Virus record (IMG/VR): IMGVR_UViG_3300037755_000166
Coordinates: 1 to 40,996 of that record
DNA: 40,996 nucleotides
From: a virus
Taxonomy: Duplodnaviria; Caudoviricetes
Strand: one strand, 5' to 3'
The position numbers and the translations under genes are program-made. The notes beneath the pieces were generated by a model, which had not been told where the DNA came from, searched no databases, and saw nothing but the letters and a program-made list of their open reading frames with translations. Position 1 is the first letter of the stretch, and every line of letters begins with the position of its first letter. Positions 37,249 to 40,996 of the stretch are shown one piece after another.

Positions 37249-37434
37249 TTACTGCTTGGTCTTGCCGTCCGAATTTCCCAAAACCACATCCATAGCGTCT
37301 GAGAAATCCAAATTAGCCGGGTTAACGCAGTGTTCGTGCGTCCTTGATAGTGGAATGTCCTTTGCACCGCATTTGATGCATGTACCTATAAAAGGTGTTC
37401 CCTTCGGACTTGTACGAGTTAGTGCATGGCTCAT
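37249..37434 (-). CDS. small hypothetical protein (CxxC)
   Basis: GGAGATTTTGAA-ATG; MSHALTRTSPKG..GTCIKCG. Confidence 0.65.
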   Translation of the reverse strand: MSHALTRTSPKGTPFIGTCIKCGAKDIPLSRTHEHCVNPANLDFSDAMDVVLGNSDGKTKQ

Positions 37435-37850
37435 TTCAAAATCTCCTGAAAATCTTCCTGCGTAAGCACCCGATCCCGCCAATGGTGGATACGTTCGACA
37501 ATGAAATATGGGGAATAATCATCCCCGACCAGCCGCACCCTTGGCAGCGCACCGTAGAGCAATTCATTCTCCAGCCGTTTCGGTGACATCTGCGGCGTCG
37601 GTCGATCGGTGATGTGCAATTCAACCGCCAGCACGGGAAAGATCGGCGCCAGTTCTGCGGCCATATAGAAAGGCCGCACCTGCCAATAAGGGAGCCACTT
37701 TCTCACCGCTTCGGCGTCCGGCCCCTTGTTTGCAATCGCCCATGCTTCAATCCCGGCCTTCCATCGTGCAACTATGCCCGGCTGGTTGCCGGTGGCCTTC
37801 ATCGCCTTGATGATTTTATAGGTCGGGGAATTCCAGAATAGATTTGTCAA
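37431..37850 (-). CDS. hypothetical protein
   Basis: TTG start overlapping the primase stop. Confidence 0.75.
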   Translation of the reverse strand: MTNLFWNSPTYKIIKAMKATGNQPGIVARWKAGIEAWAIANKGPDAEAVRKWLPYWQVRPFYMAAELAPIFPVLAVELHITDRPTPQMSPKRLENELLYGALPRVRLVGDDYSPYFIVERIHHWRDRVLTQEDFQEILK

Positions 37851-39739
37851 AGATCATACTCCCGCTGCGGAATTGCCCAATCGTTCGCGCCTGCACGAAG
37901 CCAGGATAATTCAGAATTATTATTCAGTTGCTTGCGCACCACATCTTTTTCGAGCCCGTGCGTGCCTGCGATTTCTGCCACTACAATACTCATGCTGGCT
38001 TTGCCGCCAAGGCCGCTTAGTAGCTGCGTTACCTCTTCAATCCCGGCCCATGTATATCTGGATTTCCCATTGGGCTTCGAAGTTTCCGGCAACGAATCGA
38101 CTCGCTCCAGAACGATAGATTTACTGACTTCCTTGACTTTAAGATATAGGGAATCGTCCCTTACGTCAGCATCTTTTTGCTTTTTGACTTTTATTTCCGT
38201 CGCTGTTCCCGATGAATGTTTTTTCGCGTGCAAAGCCATATCCATGTTGGCATAAAATGCGCTGGATCCTCGGGCACCCTTGCTTTCATCCTTGCCGGTA
38301 TGATGGACCGACAGCACAAAGCATTCATAGAAGCGTGCCATATCTTCCATGAAGGTTGTTACCATGGTCGCATCTTTGGCGCTGTTCTCATCCATACCGG
38401 TCAGCAGCCGCGCCAGCGTATCAATGACGATCAGCTTGGGGCGCTTGTTTAGTTCCGCCATTTGAATCTTGAAGTCATCCCATAATTCCTTGTCGTGATA
38501 GAACGGCACCTGATTGATGATTGTTAGCTGGTCCTGCCCTTCCACCCCCTGCCATTCCAGCCATGCAGCCCGGCGCATCTTTGCGGTGGCGTCTGGACCT
38601 TCGCCGGCGAAGTAGATGACATCCTGTGCCACAGTGGTGGCCCCCCATTGGCCGGCATGGCCATGCGCGATGCAGGACGCCAGGTCGAGAGAGATAAAGG
38701 ACTTGTAACTGCCTGACGCGCCATAGATCATCCCAATGCCGCGAGCCGGTATGATCCCCGGCACGAGCCATTCCGGCATCGGTGCTGTCTTGGCATAGGT
38801 GTCAATCCCCATGACCATCAGCCGGCGCCGTGTGGGCTTGTCGGCCGTCTCTATACTATGCTCCTGTCCAGCGAACGCTGCAAAGGCATCGACATTGGAC
38901 TGGAAGCCCTTCGCGCCCGTACTGGTATCTTCACCATGCACCGATGCATTGCGGACCTTGGTTTCCAATTCCCAATCTTCCCATGGCGGGGAGCAATGCG
39001 GATTCCAATGCTCCCGCAGGAGGTCAAAGCACAGGCCCGGCGAAATCCCCTTGTCCATGACGGAGGCCGCCACCTGAAAGGCGGTATTGTCGCCGCCCTT
39101 GCCTTCGATCGACACGCGACCGGATTGCACATAACCTTTCAACAAGTCGATCACCCAGGCCACGTTGCGCGGCTGGTCTTGATCGGGATTTTTGGCTAGT
39201 CCTAAAGTGTCGGCCTTTTTTCTTTCCGGAACCAAGGCGCGCATGAATTCCGGTAATGGATTGATCGATCCACCTATTTCCGTATAGGCGCCGGCCGATG
39301 TTCTCGATCCCGGCAATAGGACATAGCCACCTGAGATGATTTTACCGTCACACTCGATCCCACCACGAGTGTCAATGCCCGCCGCGATCCGGCTGGCTGT
39401 AGAAGGGCCTTGCCCCTTGAAATAGATATGGAGCCCGCCACGAGGCGTTCGCACCTGATAGGCAGATGCAACAGCTTCCCTGATAGGTGCGTCCCGTTCA
39501 AGCAGCTTATGCCACCAGTCGAGCCCTTCCGGATCGACATCAACCACGAACAGACCGGATGGCCCGCAAGCTATAGCCCAATTAAAATTCGGATTAAGGC
39601 GGCGCCATTCGGCAATCTGTACAGGGTCATCGCTGGCGGCTTTCCAACCATCGGCTGTAGCAGGCAGCTTTTCCCGAGGTGCGCAAGGGAAAATCTTAAA
39701 CCCCTTGCATCCGTTCAAAATGTCCGCTATTCCCGACAT
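37847..39739 (-). CDS. primase-helicase (Prim-Pol, PriCT, RecA-type AAA_25; ends EYDL)
   Basis: VVDVD, TPRGGLHIY, GGYVLLPGS; GASGSYKS, IVIDT, HHTGK, RGSSA. Confidence 0.92.
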   Translation of the reverse strand: MSGIADILNGCKGFKIFPCAPREKLPATADGWKAASDDPVQIAEWRRLNPNFNWAIACGPSGLFVVDVDPEGLDWWHKLLERDAPIREAVASAYQVRTPRGGLHIYFKGQGPSTASRIAAGIDTRGGIECDGKIISGGYVLLPGSRTSAGAYTEIGGSINPLPEFMRALVPERKKADTLGLAKNPDQDQPRNVAWVIDLLKGYVQSGRVSIEGKGGDNTAFQVAASVMDKGISPGLCFDLLREHWNPHCSPPWEDWELETKVRNASVHGEDTSTGAKGFQSNVDAFAAFAGQEHSIETADKPTRRRLMVMGIDTYAKTAPMPEWLVPGIIPARGIGMIYGASGSYKSFISLDLASCIAHGHAGQWGATTVAQDVIYFAGEGPDATAKMRRAAWLEWQGVEGQDQLTIINQVPFYHDKELWDDFKIQMAELNKRPKLIVIDTLARLLTGMDENSAKDATMVTTFMEDMARFYECFVLSVHHTGKDESKGARGSSAFYANMDMALHAKKHSSGTATEIKVKKQKDADVRDDSLYLKVKEVSKSIVLERVDSLPETSKPNGKSRYTWAGIEEVTQLLSGLGGKASMSIVVAEIAGTHGLEKDVVRKQLNNNSELSWLRAGANDWAIPQREYDL

Positions 39740-39762
39740 TACTTCTCCCAAGAAGTTCCATT

Positions 39763-39800
39763 AAGGCCACTGCACCATATCCAGCCGGTGTGGTGGCCTT
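39763..39800. promoter_or_regulatory. inverted repeat upstream of the primase gene
   Basis: AAGGCCAC...GTGGCCTT with inner CACC/GGTG. Confidence 0.55.
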
Positions 39801-39873
39801 TTCATTTGCTGATGGAAATCACTCGCCCCGAACGTGCAGACATACGCTAACGCGATGGTACATTGCAAGCCTG

Positions 39874-40038
39874 TTAGGCTCTTATAAAATCGACCAGCTT
39901 TCCGTCGATAATCAACGTGATCTCGTCTACGTCACCTTTCCCGGAAACCAGAATAGAGCCTTCGACCTCTTGCATGGCAGGGTAATGGTGTTTAGGTGAT
40001 TCGATCGGCTTGAATAAAGTCGAGATGCATATTTTCAT
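39874..40038 (-). CDS. small hypothetical protein
   Basis: AAGGAGG RBS, ATGA overlap; MKICISTLFKPIE... Confidence 0.65.
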   Translation of the reverse strand: MKICISTLFKPIESPKHHYPAMQEVEGSILVSGKGDVDEITLIIDGKLVDFIRA

Positions 40039-40223
40039 ATAGCCTCCTTTGCCAATCGACGGATTTCCCGCACGTTTTCGCGGCTTACAGTCCGCTTGTC
40101 GAGCAGCCAGCCAAGCATGACCATGGCTTTGCAACCTTCCCAATTCTTTCCGCACGCGAAAAGATCCGTTGCAAGCATTCGTGTCGCGGACAGGATCAAT
40201 GCACGTTCCGAGGGTATTTTCAT
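40035..40223 (-). CDS. small hypothetical protein
   Basis: GGGGAG RBS; MKIPSERALILSATRML... Confidence 0.6.
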   Translation of the reverse strand: MKIPSERALILSATRMLATDLFACGKNWEGCKAMVMLGWLLDKRTVSRENVREIRRLAKEAI

Positions 40224-40509
40224 GACTCCCCCCGCGTGCTTTGGTGATGATCCGATTAATGTCCGCCAATTCTGAGGCATTGATTGCCTGCCCCAAGTTT
40301 GACGCCAAAAACGGACGGACAAACTCCAGCGCCGCCAGCATTTCAGGCGAGGCGGCGATCAGGTGGGCATTGGCTGTAGCCTGCTGGTCGTCATTATCAC
40401 AACCAAAAACCTCGGCAATCTCACCTGCTGCAACGCGGATTATGTGTGCACCGCAACTGTTCTGACCATCGTAGAACCAAGGCCCCGGCGTGTATTGTTC
40501 CTTTGTCAC
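40220..40509 (-). CDS. TPGPW / ANAHLIAASPE-type early protein (expected stop at 40220 is out of frame; reads through to 39874)
   Basis: YTPGPW...ANAHLIAASPEMLAAL...IITKARG motif set. Confidence 0.7.
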
Positions 40510-40640
40510 AATCTTTTCCCTTCGATTGATGATGTTGCCTGGGCAAATCCGCTGTTGATAATATGGACCGCTTGACGGCCGACGACCAAAGCCAGTGCGA
40601 GCGCGGCAATAGTCATTATGATATATTCGATCGTTCGCAT
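40506..40640 (-). CDS. leaderless Flp/Tad pilin-like protein (44 aa)
   Basis: AAGGA RBS; GTGA-coupled to the next gene; MRTIEYIIMTIAALALALVVGRQAVHIINSGFAQATSSIEGKRL. Confidence 0.7.
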   Translation of the reverse strand: MRTIEYIIMTIAALALALVVGRQAVHIINSGFAQATSSIEGKRL

Positions 40641-40651
40641 GGTTTCAATCC

Positions 40652-40996
40652 TTAAGCAGCAGCCAGTATTTCCACCAATTTATCGGCCTGCTTGATCCAG
40701 GCGGCATCGACGGCGGCATCGGCGGCATCGGCGGCATCGGCGGCATCGGCGGCGGCACGGGCGGCGGCATCGACGGCGGCATCGGCGGCGGCATCGACGG
40801 CATCGACGGCGGCACGGGCGGCACGGGCGGCGGCACGGGCGGCGGCATCGACGGCGGCACGGGCGGCACGGGCGGCGGCATCGGCGGCGGCATCGGCGGC
40901 GGCATCGACGGCGGCACGGGCGGCGGCATCGACGGCATCGACGGCGGCACGGGCGGCACGGGCGGCACGGGCAGCGGTGGCATCGGCGGCATCGGC
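40652..40996 (-). CDS. Ala-rich repeat phage protein, 3' part
   Basis: Frame ADAADATAARAA...AAVDAAWIKQADKLVEILAAA*. Confidence 0.85.
   Translation of the reverse strand, partial: ADAADATAARAARAARAAVDAVDAAARAAVDAAADAAADAAARAARAAVDAAARAAARAARAAVDAVDAAADAAVDAAARAAADAADAADAADAAVDAAWIKQADKLVEILAAA
40700..40996. repeat. low-complexity GCC-codon repeat
   Basis: Same units as 1-178. Confidence 0.95.

Noticed and set aside
40645-40992. Poly-Pro/Met ORF from the track
   Set aside because: Shadow frame of the GCC (Ala) repeat; the Ala frame has a sensible C-terminus and matches the gene at 614-1.

Overview
The window is essentially the whole genome (~41 kb) of a tailed dsDNA phage with a P22-like (podovirus) virion module and a family-A DNA polymerase replication module. 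The host is probably alphaproteobacterial (inference). The assembly appears to be a circle opened inside a GCC-rich low-complexity repeat, so one Ala-rich gene runs off both ends. Plus strand (~3.7-27.9 kb): HNH, KTSC, Gp49-family, HAD, TerS/TerL, portal, scaffold, coat, tail, ejection and lysis genes. Minus strand (~28.2-41 kb, continuing into 0.6-3.4 kb): RuvC, PolA, SSB, Cas4-like nuclease, SNF2 helicase, C5 methyltransferase, MerR-like protein, primase-helicase and small early genes. No integrase, tRNA, CRISPR array or reverse transcriptase was seen. Most notable observations: (1) a C-terminal EYDL/EFDL/VYDL/ALDL tag on seven unrelated proteins; (2) a leaderless Flp-pilin-like early protein missed by the ORF track; (3) a C5 MTase encoded in two fully overlapping frames; (4) a gp10-like tail hub split in two around a pair of paralogous lectin-like genes; (5) a shared operator-like motif at the starts of replication genes; (6) a tail-fibre swap scar. 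All family calls are by motif recognition only; no searches were run.
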